A stretch of DNA of 40,265 nt. Source: Promethearchaeota archaeon. Its GTDB lineage: Archaea; Asgardarchaeota; Lokiarchaeia; Sigyniarchaeales; SOKP01. Numbering within the stretch: position 1 is the stretch's first letter; each line of letters begins with the position of its first letter. The notes under the pieces were generated by a model. That model had not been told where the DNA came from and did not search any database. It worked only from the letters and a program-made list of their open reading frames with translations. The translations under genes were made by a program, and so were the position numbers. The stretch spans positions 1 through 40,265 of the forward strand of contig JAEOTP010000078.1 of NCBI GenBank assembly GCA_016839765.1. Reading direction: 5' to 3'. Shown in pieces: positions 1 to 8,502 of the stretch.

Positions 1-172
1 CTATCGGCTTGTCACTATAGATCGGGTTATCCGGCTGTGGAGCCATGTGGGAAACGCTCGCCTTTTTTAGAGAGAAATATTCCCCCGGCTTCGCGTTATC
101 GTACGCATTTCTAACCATTTCAGAGATCGCTTCTACTTTTCTTTTATGTATTGCTAGTTTTTCTTCGCTCAT
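1..172 (-). CDS. N-terminal fragment of a probable FAD-binding oxidoreductase (VAO family, DHCR24/BfaA-like); runs off the window
   Basis: Not in the ORF track. Hand translation from ATG at 172 gives MSEEKLAIHKRKVEAISEMVRNAYDNAKPGEYFSLKKASVSHMAPQPDNPIYSDKPI, open to the edge. The H-x-x-KV...SL-KK-x-x-VSH-x-x-P-x-P pattern resembles N-termini of bacterial DHCR24-like flavoproteins as I recall them. The FAD motifs themselves lie outside the window. Confidence 0.5.
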   Translation of the reverse strand, partial: MSEEKLAIHKRKVEAISEMVRNAYDNAKPGEYFSLKKASVSHMAPQPDNPIYSDKPI

Positions 173-207
173 ATCAAACACAGGGTTGGGATTATTGCAC
201 GAAACGA

Positions 208-486
208 TTATTGCACTCCTCTTTTCGCTTTCTTTTTTCCAGCTTGCATTCTCTTCTTGCGCTTAATCATTCCAGTGAAGGATTCTATTCGAGTTAAAAG
301 TCCAGTCACAAAGTCTCCAATCGTGGCTTTAAACGGAAAGCATACAAATTCTGGGCTTTGCTTAACTCCAATTTTTATCGCTTCTCTGTTTGTTGGATCA
401 GGTAGTACTACATCAAGATCGAGAGCGGTGAATAATGTCTTGAAAGCAACCCAGTTCGGTCCCATATTTGGAAAACTTACAAGCAT
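208..486 (-). pseudogene. Internally deleted PlsR-like / 2-hydroxyacyl-CoA dehydratase-related subunit (or misassembly)
   Basis: The first 60 aa (VSFPNMG...GVKQSPEFVCFPFKATIGDF) match the family N-terminus and join directly to the family C-terminal motif GLLTRIESFTGMIKRKKR, which parallels AGMLTRIESFVEMVRRKRK in the 358-aa neighbour. The middle of the protein is missing. Confidence 0.7.
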
Positions 487-491
487 TTGTA

Positions 492-1568
492 TTATACACC
501 TTGAGCTGATTTAATTTTTGTTTTTTCTCTTGGGCTTAATCCAAGCTTTTTCCTCTTTCTTCGAACCATTTCAACAAAACTTTCGATTCGCGTGAGCATC
601 CCGGCCTCTCCGCTATGCTCGTCCATTGTAATTTCCAAAAACGGCAATCCAACTACTTTCATATCGCGCTTAATTAATTCTGATATCAAACTATCTGGAC
701 CACAAGCAAAACTGATCAAGAAAATCACACCATCTATTTCATCTCGCCCTTTTCTTAAGAAATAGCGTATTGATTGCATGATTTCCTCTTCATGTTTCCA
801 ATAATTTTGTAATTTTGCTCCCCATGGATTTACTATAACAGGTTCTTTAAAAATGAATTCAGGTAAATTTTCAATAGTGAGTATTTCAACCCCATGGTCT
901 AGTAATTTTTTCTGGAAATCTAAGTTAATAAATGTGTCAAAAATATTATACGCATGTCCTAAAAGTAAGAATCTTATATCTCCAGTGTGTTTTTTCTTTG
1001 GTATTTTAAATGGAATATTTCTTTGAGCTAATCTCAATCCATAATTTACTGATACTCCTTGCCGTAAGAATTCATGATATTCATCGAAATATTTTTGGGC
1101 AGCTCTATAGGCATTTAATGATTTTGCTTGGTTTTTCCCTAATTCCTTTCCAAGCTCAATAGCAGAGGTTGCAATAGGAAATTCTTTCACATTAACTTCA
1201 AAATTTAGTATTTTCGGAATATCATCTAAAATTTTAATAACATCTGGTAATGATAAAAATTTAGGGCAAAAATAGGATTCTTTATCTTCAGAAACATATC
1301 TTGGAACAAATATATAATCTAAATCAGGATGATCTTTTACTAATCTTAATACTTGACCATAATAAATCTTCATGGGTATACATAACTCACCAAACCCATG
1401 AGTTACGCCTTCCTCTACGATTTGTCTATTGGTTGGCGGACTAAGCACTAATTCTACGTCTAACTCTTCTAAAAGCTTTTTCCAAAAAGGAAAGTAACGA
1501 TAAAAATGAAGAGCTCTGGGTATCCCAACTTTTACTTTCTTTTTTTCGCTTTCCGAACTTGTTGCCAT
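492..1568 (-). CDS. DUF2229 / acyl-CoA dehydratase activase-related Fe-S protein (reductase domain shared with PlsA/Ger ether-lipid enzymes)
   Basis: KVGIPRAL...FPFW, LSPPTN, LCIPMK, FCPKF, LLGHAYN, FACGPDS and DEHSGEAG-x-LTRIESF motifs, with three spaced Cys as likely cluster ligands. Confidence 0.85.
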   Translation of the reverse strand: MATSSESEKKKVKVGIPRALHFYRYFPFWKKLLEELDVELVLSPPTNRQIVEEGVTHGFGELCIPMKIYYGQVLRLVKDHPDLDYIFVPRYVSEDKESYFCPKFLSLPDVIKILDDIPKILNFEVNVKEFPIATSAIELGKELGKNQAKSLNAYRAAQKYFDEYHEFLRQGVSVNYGLRLAQRNIPFKIPKKKHTGDIRFLLLGHAYNIFDTFINLDFQKKLLDHGVEILTIENLPEFIFKEPVIVNPWGAKLQNYWKHEEEIMQSIRYFLRKGRDEIDGVIFLISFACGPDSLISELIKRDMKVVGLPFLEITMDEHSGEAGMLTRIESFVEMVRRKRKKLGLSPREKTKIKSAQGV

Positions 1569-1589
1569 TTTAAAATATCCTCGAGTAAA

Positions 1590-3275
1590 TTACGCGCCAG
1601 ATGTATCGTAAATCAATAATTCTTTAATTTTTGCCATCATATTGCCTGTTAAACGCTTTAATTCTTCATAATCCGGCATTGGCTTACCCCAATGCATCTT
1701 ATGTTCCATAAATATTGGGCCTGCCTTAAATATGTTTCCCTTATAAAAGTTGAGCATTTTTGCATGTTTTGGATATGTATCCTCCGTCCCTGTGATTCCT
1801 ACTAATACTATTGGCACTTGTGCTTCAATAGCTAGTCGCATGGCACCTGTATGGCCTTCTAATAATTCGCCACCACCAGTGTTAGTTGTTCCTTCAGGGT
1901 AAATTGTCACAATTTGATCTTTGCTGAGTAAATATTTAGCATAATTGTAGGAATCAACATCGTGCGCACCTCTTCTCAACGGAAATGCAAAGTGTGTTCT
2001 TACCCAAGCATTGACAACGGGGTACTTAAATAATGACTGTTTCGACATTTGCCAAATATACCGCTTTTTATGTATTCCAAAGAGTGTGGCCAACATTATT
2101 ACATCCCATTCTGAATTGTGGTTAGTACAGAGAATATAACCGCCTTTATCTGGGATATTAGTACTATTGAAGTCTATAACTTTATAGGGCGCCATTATAT
2201 CCAGCCACTTATCAACAACTTGCGCTGAAAACATATACACTGATTCCTTGAATTTCCAATCTACTTTAAGGTCTTCTAAAGCCATAATTAATGCATACCA
2301 AGAATCATCAATAAGCTGTAATACACCTTTAAATACATCTTTTGCATAAGTTTTTATGTTGAATTTTGGCTTTGTTTCAATATCTTCTGCTGAGCCAATT
2401 GAAATTTCCTCTTCTTCCCTGCCATAAATTCCTTGTTTTAATTCATAAATAACAGTCCTTAATTCATTCGTTAATCTCCTAATATCTTCATATGTCATGC
2501 TTTCAAGATTATAATCATTGTAATAAATAGGTTCCCCTACACGGGTAATAACTTGAGTAGGTTTCATAACTAAATTTCCTTTTGGTAATGCATTCTTCGA
2601 ACCAATCACTGCCATTGGTACAATAGGGCACCCCATCTCAATTGCTAATCTTACCGCGCCTGTTTTAAACTCTCCTAATTCACCGTCTACTGAGCGTGTA
2701 CCCTCAGGAAAAATCCCTACAACTTCTCCTTGACGTAAAAGATCTTTAGCAGTTTCCCATCCTAGTGATGGATTGTCGCGATCTAATTTAAAGGCACTTA
2801 AATTAGTAAAAAGTGTTCTAACTATAGGTGTTTTGAAATTATCTAGCTTACTCATCCAATTTATCCGACGGTGCATTGCGCCTCCACAGAAGAAGGGATC
2901 AAGGTGACTTACATGCGTAGACACGAGAACGACCGGACCCCACTCCGGGAAGATGTTCTTCTTCGGATACTCTGCCTTGAAGTTCCAGAACGTACGAAGA
3001 GCTAATTTTACCCAGATGTTAGCAGCTCTCCATTGTAGCTTTTTCTCTAATTCAGTTAAGTTCAATCGTTCGATAATGTCTCGATAGAGATCATTCAGAG
3101 GGTCAATAGGATTGTATTTTAATACCTTATACAGAGCATTTTGGTGGGGTTTCTCAAGTTTGAGTTCCTCTTTCATTTTTTCTTCTATTTTTTTGACTGG
3201 TTCATAGTCATAGTCTTTAGACACTATTTGATTTGATTTTTCTAGTTCCATTTTTCTCATCTCATTTTCTTTCAA
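1590..3275 (-). CDS. Tandem two-domain lysophospholipid/glycerol-phosphate acyltransferase (PlsC family)
   Basis: Two complete motif sets: THVSHLD + FPEGTRS, and NHNSEWD + YPEGTTN. True start may be ATG at 3260 or 3251. Confidence 0.9.
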   Translation of the reverse strand: MKENEMRKMELEKSNQIVSKDYDYEPVKKIEEKMKEELKLEKPHQNALYKVLKYNPIDPLNDLYRDIIERLNLTELEKKLQWRAANIWVKLALRTFWNFKAEYPKKNIFPEWGPVVLVSTHVSHLDPFFCGGAMHRRINWMSKLDNFKTPIVRTLFTNLSAFKLDRDNPSLGWETAKDLLRQGEVVGIFPEGTRSVDGELGEFKTGAVRLAIEMGCPIVPMAVIGSKNALPKGNLVMKPTQVITRVGEPIYYNDYNLESMTYEDIRRLTNELRTVIYELKQGIYGREEEEISIGSAEDIETKPKFNIKTYAKDVFKGVLQLIDDSWYALIMALEDLKVDWKFKESVYMFSAQVVDKWLDIMAPYKVIDFNSTNIPDKGGYILCTNHNSEWDVIMLATLFGIHKKRYIWQMSKQSLFKYPVVNAWVRTHFAFPLRRGAHDVDSYNYAKYLLSKDQIVTIYPEGTTNTGGGELLEGHTGAMRLAIEAQVPIVLVGITGTEDTYPKHAKMLNFYKGNIFKAGPIFMEHKMHWGKPMPDYEELKRLTGNMMAKIKELLIYDTSGA

Positions 3276-3367
3276 ACAAGATTTTTAATAATTCGAATTA
3301 TTTTAACATCCCTAATTTACTATTAAAAAAGGGAAAAAAGTTTAATAAACACTAATTTTTCGTAGTA

Positions 3368-3435
3368 AATTATCTTTACTAAAATACCCTTTTATATAAA
3401 AAGATAATGGTCAAAATAATACTGGAAAAAGTATG
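3368..3435 (-). promoter_or_regulatory. Conserved 68-bp promoter/operator element, copy 1
   Basis: 57/68 ungapped identity (hand count) to 4384-4451. TTTATATA box flanked by inverted arms ATTATCTTT/AAAGATAAT, plus an ATACT-N6-AGTAT palindrome. Confidence 0.75.
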
Positions 3436-3547
3436 ATCAAAAAGCGACGAAAAAAGCATTGAAAGCCAATTTTATACTCAAGAAATTCAATTACAGATTT
3501 AAAAGAGAATTAGAGAAATTGCGAATATGAAGATTTATGAATTTTAA

Positions 3548-4336
3548 TCAGGATTTAATCTTCAAGCTTTTTTGAGAATTTGATCCTGATAAAGATTTTT
3601 TATCTATTATTTTTTTAAGTTCTTCTAAAGATTCTATTACCAAACTTGGCTCACAGCCAGCTAGTGTTTCTATCTTACTTACTCCGGTGGATACTCCTAC
3701 CGTCCATACGCCTGCTTCCTGTCCTGCTTCGATATCTGAGGGCATATCTCCAATAATTACAAATTCATTTACTTTACACGATTTATAATTTTCAAAAACT
3801 GGTGATAATGCTTCAGGGCTAGGTTTAAGTTCAGGTAGTATATCCGCTCCATAAATTCCCTTAAATAGATTTTCAATTCCTTCTCTTTCTAGATGACTCA
3901 TGAGATTTCTTGTTTGATTATGAGAAACGATGTATAGATCGTAGGATTTACTTAATTTTTTCAGTAAATCAATGGAACCTGGGAAAAATGGAGCTTCTTT
4001 AGCATATGTTAGATATTTGGTAAATATTCTTGCTGCGATTTCTAATTTTTTAAGATAGGTTAATGACTGAAGAGAGGAGATATGTCTTATTAATTCAAAA
4101 GACTGTAGTAAAATCTTAGGAAGTGGAAGTGCCTGAATAGTTTCCATTAGGGCTCCAATTTCTTCGATGGTAGTATTTACATCTGCTTCAAGTTTTTTTT
4201 TTTCGAAAATCTCTTCTATTGATTTTCTTAGCGGCTCGCTTATATCAAGAAGAGTTCCATCGAAATCGAAAATAATTCCTCGAATTGATCCCGAATGAAA
4301 CCTTTTTATTAATTGATTATCGCTATTCATGAGCAT
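3548..4336 (-). CDS. HAD-superfamily phosphatase (subfamily IA, Gph-like)
   Basis: IIFDFDGTL (motif I), IVSHN (II), KPSP (III), IGDMPSDIEAG (IV). Confidence 0.9.
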   Translation of the reverse strand: MLMNSDNQLIKRFHSGSIRGIIFDFDGTLLDISEPLRKSIEEIFEKKKLEADVNTTIEEIGALMETIQALPLPKILLQSFELIRHISSLQSLTYLKKLEIAARIFTKYLTYAKEAPFFPGSIDLLKKLSKSYDLYIVSHNQTRNLMSHLEREGIENLFKGIYGADILPELKPSPEALSPVFENYKSCKVNEFVIIGDMPSDIEAGQEAGVWTVGVSTGVSKIETLAGCEPSLVIESLEELKKIIDKKSLSGSNSQKSLKIKS

Positions 4337-4383
4337 CTGGATGTTTTATTTAATTATCGTTATAAATAATTGAAAAGTGGTTG

Positions 4384-4451
4384 AATTATCTTTACTTAAG
4401 TGTTCTTTTATATAAAAAGATAATGAGTAAAATAATACTTTATAAAGTATG
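4384..4451 (-). promoter_or_regulatory. Conserved 68-bp promoter/operator element, copy 2
   Basis: Same architecture as 3368-3435; lies about 48 bp upstream of the HAD gene start. Confidence 0.75.
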
Positions 4452-4710
4452 TAATTATTTTCTTGAAAATAGACTTAATTTCCAATAATAGAACCTGAAT
4501 TTAAATTTCTACAAAAAACAAAAACAAAAAAACAAAAAATCAATCATATAATTTATTTAATTCATGCAATTTCTGAACCATGTAGATAACGAATTTCTTT
4601 ACAACATATCTAATTTCAATTGTATTACCGAAGAAAATTATAAATATTGGAGTTGTTACTACGTTGTTAAATAACTGAATCTTATCTAATAATATTAAGA
4701 GGTTTTTAAT

Positions 4711-7065
4711 TTGCAAAGAAAATTGAAATTTTATCTACTATTTGGAGTTCTATTTTTATCGATATCGCCATCTATAAATCAAATTTTCAATATGTATTTT
4801 GATCAAGATTATAACCTTAAAGCTTTACCTAATCCAACCTCTACTTTATCACTTTCAAATGGTATTGGGGATAATATTACGGGGAGTTATGATGGAGATC
4901 TTTCTCTTGTTTATTTTGAATTTAATTCAAATTGGAGTTCGTGGTGGTATCAGAACAGAAGCACAAATATTGTGTCTCATAATATGTCTGTGAACAATAA
5001 AGAATTTGTTTTAAACAGATTAGAAATTTACGCAGACAACATTATAAACGAATCTGGTTCTGGAGATTATGTAATAGCTAATAATATCACTAATCAAATT
5101 AGCCCTGCTCCTTCAATTTTATTTTCTCAACAATTTACTGCTCATGATTTATATTCAATTGATGTTATTTGGCTATACTTGAATTACAGTTTGATTATGC
5201 TTCCAGAACTTGAACATTATTTAATGGTCTTACATATTTTTAATGAGACATTTGAGGAAGAAATTGATGTTATGTGGGAATGGGAATCAAGAAAAGTAGT
5301 TGATGAGTGGAAACCATTTTTTCCCCGGGCTAATATTTTTGAACCTGGTAAAAAGTATAATCTTGTTTTTCATCTATTGGATGAAAAGTCTGAGGATGGA
5401 GGTGGAATACCTTTTAATTTTTGGAAAGCAGAACAATATAAGAACTCTAGTTACAACAAAGGATTAACGCTCAGATTCGATGGTGCGTACTGGTTAGCAT
5501 TCATTAATGATAACACTGCGGATTTATTATGTTTTTTCAGTTATAAAAAGCTTATCAACCCTGCTTTAGTAGATCTTAAGTATATAATTAATAATGAAAC
5601 AATAATCCCTATCTATCAACGGAGTTCTTTTGGATTTTGGGGTTATGAGGCGTATTTACCATATACTCTCGATGCTCAAATAAACGCCCCCATAAATATC
5701 ACTGTTATAACTAACCAAACCATTCCAACTCTCGAAGTATATATAGAGATGTATTACATTCACCTTGTTAATGCAACAGGAACCTATAGTGTTGATAATA
5801 ATTTCAATGAATGGACAATAGAGTATTATTACGAAGAAATATCATTTGGATGGCCCCCTCCGATATTTTTATTCGAAAAGGATTGGGATTTTGTTCAATT
5901 TTTAGATCCAAATGGAATACCAATGAACGAAATCTATTTTGGACCAATGGATTTGTATAACAAATCGTATTATGGAGTGACAGACTTTTTCGGTCCTCCT
6001 TTAGAGCGTGGAACATATACCGGAATATTCCATTCGCCAAATTATTGTAATAAAATTAATTTTAAAGCACAATCCGGGACACAGTTTGTAGATAAAAGTT
6101 CTTTAGAGATTGGGCAAACAATTAAGCTTGAAGCAGAAATATATAACACTTTTAATCAACCTATGTCTGGAGGAGAAGGGCAAATCATATTAAAATCTCC
6201 TTCTGGGTCGATAATTCTTAACGATACTGGATTAAGTACAGTAAATGGGATGCTCAGTAGCTCTGAAATTAATTTGGATTCTACTTATTTAGAAGGATTT
6301 TATGAAGCAGAAATTTTTTGGACGGATGGAAAAGAAATTGCATATTATTCAGCTCAGATTGAAGTAAGAACGCCTTTAAATTTAATCTTAGTCATAGGGG
6401 TCTCTATAGCCTCTGCACTTGCAGCTGTTTCAATTACTCTGGTCTTGAGGAGACAAATCCGGATGAGAAATTGGGAAAAATCATTAAAAAATCTATTTGT
6501 GCTTACTAAAGACGGATTAAGCTTATTTGAATATTCTTTTGGAATTGAGATTCAAGACCCTGCTCTTATATCTGGAATGATAGCTGCTCTTACACAGTTT
6601 GTGCGTGAAGCTACAGGCAGTAAAAAATCTCTCCGCACTGTTGATCAAGAAGATAAAAAAGTAATATTACAACATGGGGATTATACAACTATTGCTTTAT
6701 TGGCAGAAAAGGACTTACCTATAATTCATAAACGTATTAGAAAGTTTTCAGGTGAATTTGAGACAGCGTATCACAAAAATATTAAAACTTTTGATGGTGA
6801 AATTTCTGCATTCAAGAATGCGGATGTGATTGTAAACAAATACTTTCCCATTGATGTAGAAGAACAGATTATTCGAGGTGTGAGAGAAAAATTAATAGAA
6901 TTCCGGGAAAGACTGGACGTTCTTACAGATCCAAGGCATATTATATCTTTGATGCGTGAAATCACCGAATTTATCTCTAGATATCGCGCCATTGTAAATG
7001 AGAATTATTTAGACTATTATAACGAGATAATCATTGGTGCAGAGCAAAAGATTTCTAATGCATAA
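4711..7065 (+). CDS. Single-pass membrane protein: large extracellular region, TM helix, cytoplasmic longin-like domain
   Basis: N-terminal hydrophobic signal, many N-x-S/T sequons, beta-rich Ig-like segment, TM LILVIGVSIASALAAVSITLVL. This is followed by LFVLTKDGLSLFEYSF...DPALISGMIAALTQFVREA...FDGEISAF, the Asgard Mon1/Fuz-type longin pattern. AAGAGGT lies upstream of the TTG start. Confidence 0.8.
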   Translation: MQRKLKFYLLFGVLFLSISPSINQIFNMYFDQDYNLKALPNPTSTLSLSNGIGDNITGSYDGDLSLVYFEFNSNWSSWWYQNRSTNIVSHNMSVNNKEFVLNRLEIYADNIINESGSGDYVIANNITNQISPAPSILFSQQFTAHDLYSIDVIWLYLNYSLIMLPELEHYLMVLHIFNETFEEEIDVMWEWESRKVVDEWKPFFPRANIFEPGKKYNLVFHLLDEKSEDGGGIPFNFWKAEQYKNSSYNKGLTLRFDGAYWLAFINDNTADLLCFFSYKKLINPALVDLKYIINNETIIPIYQRSSFGFWGYEAYLPYTLDAQINAPINITVITNQTIPTLEVYIEMYYIHLVNATGTYSVDNNFNEWTIEYYYEEISFGWPPPIFLFEKDWDFVQFLDPNGIPMNEIYFGPMDLYNKSYYGVTDFFGPPLERGTYTGIFHSPNYCNKINFKAQSGTQFVDKSSLEIGQTIKLEAEIYNTFNQPMSGGEGQIILKSPSGSIILNDTGLSTVNGMLSSSEINLDSTYLEGFYEAEIFWTDGKEIAYYSAQIEVRTPLNLILVIGVSIASALAAVSITLVLRRQIRMRNWEKSLKNLFVLTKDGLSLFEYSFGIEIQDPALISGMIAALTQFVREATGSKKSLRTVDQEDKKVILQHGDYTTIALLAEKDLPIIHKRIRKFSGEFETAYHKNIKTFDGEISAFKNADVIVNKYFPIDVEEQIIRGVREKLIEFRERLDVLTDPRHIISLMREITEFISRYRAIVNENYLDYYNEIIIGAEQKISNA

Positions 7066-7071
7066 ATTAGA

Positions 7072-7094
7072 TTTTTTTTTAAATTTTTTTTTTT
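7072..7094 (+). terminator. Oligo-T archaeal terminator
   Basis: T9-AAA-T11 just after the stop at 7065. Confidence 0.55.
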
Positions 7095-7208
7095 AGAAGT
7101 TATTGTTATTTTTGTAATTTAAGATAAGACTTAAATAACTTTTAATAACCTTTTTTACGAATTTAAGACTTCTCTATATAGTTTTTAAATATTATTGAAG
7201 AGAAGATA

Positions 7209-8399
7209 ATGCAAAATAAGAAATATCGTGTTTTTCCCATCCTTTTTCTTGCGTTTATGCGAGTGGCTTTAGGGGTAGCAATCAGTTTAGCAATTCCACT
7301 TTATTATCTTGATATAGGATTAGAACCAGGAACTATTGGCGTTATTACATCAGGGACCGCTATGTCTTACTTAGTTTCTCCCTTAATCTTTAAAAATCTT
7401 TATAAAAAAATCGGAGTTAAATTAACTATTATTCTATCTTGTACTGGATTTCTAATAATCCAGATAATTTTACAATTTACATTAGAACCATTAGCTGTAT
7501 ATATCCTTTTAATACTTGATGGAATTGTTTTGGGGTCCTTTTGGCCTGTTCTAATGACGGCAGTTTCGAGAATATCAAGATTAGAAGAATATAATCAAAA
7601 TAATTTATTAAAAGATAGATTAATGAAACGATATAGTCTATCTTGGAATTTTGGAGGAATATTTAGTTTTGTACTGGGCACTATTGTACTATTTTTCATC
7701 GAAGATATACTTCTGATGTTTATTTTTTCATTATTATTTGCTACAAGTGGCTTAATTTTCGCGTTTTTAATTCAAGAACCTGAAAATAACCTTGATAAAG
7801 AAATAATTGTACCTATTGATGAAAGAGTGAAAAGCATTCCTAATCGTGAGGATATTTCTTTCCCAATTTTCTTACCTTTAGTGATGATCTGTGTGTATGG
7901 TTTTTTAATTGGAGGATTAGGTCTTGCATATCCCATAAAATCAGAACTATTAAATTTTCCATTATTTACTAATTATCTATTCTATTTCTTTAGAATGAGC
8001 ACTCAAACAGCTACACTTTCCAAAACCATGGATCTAAATGTTAAAAAAATAAAAAAAATGATTTTAGTCTCAAATATAATTGTAATTATATCGTTTATAT
8101 TAATGGGATTAAATTACAATATCGTAATTTTTGGAATTCTTTTTTGCTTATTTGGTAGTTTTAATTCATTTTACTATGCACTTGCATTTAAATTAACCAT
8201 TTTCAAAAATATTGCCAAAAATACATCCAAATATAGTGTTTATTTTGAAATAATGATTGGAATCGGCTTCTTTTTAGCCCCAATCCTCACTGGTTTAATT
8301 GCAGAGTTAAATGCAGATCTAACATTTTTCATTTTAGCAATCCTTTCAGTCTTTACTTTTATTGTTTATTTAATATTTTACAGGAAGATAAAGGATTAA
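7209..8399 (+). CDS. MFS transporter
   Basis: About 12 hydrophobic segments; KKIG loop after TM2; GFFLAPILTGLI near the C-terminus. Confidence 0.8.
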   Translation: MQNKKYRVFPILFLAFMRVALGVAISLAIPLYYLDIGLEPGTIGVITSGTAMSYLVSPLIFKNLYKKIGVKLTIILSCTGFLIIQIILQFTLEPLAVYILLILDGIVLGSFWPVLMTAVSRISRLEEYNQNNLLKDRLMKRYSLSWNFGGIFSFVLGTIVLFFIEDILLMFIFSLLFATSGLIFAFLIQEPENNLDKEIIVPIDERVKSIPNREDISFPIFLPLVMICVYGFLIGGLGLAYPIKSELLNFPLFTNYLFYFFRMSTQTATLSKTMDLNVKKIKKMILVSNIIVIISFILMGLNYNIVIFGILFCLFGSFNSFYYALAFKLTIFKNIAKNTSKYSVYFEIMIGIGFFLAPILTGLIAELNADLTFFILAILSVFTFIVYLIFYRKIKD

Positions 8400-8502
8400 G
8401 AATGTATTCTTACAATAAAGTATAAACTAATTCTTACAATATCTTAAAATTACAACACTCATTTTACAATTCATATTATAATATGATACTGCTTTCAATT
8501 AT

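Noticed and set aside
45-514. Plus-strand ORFs 45..266 and 257..514
   Set aside because: Antisense shadows of better-supported minus-strand coding frames.
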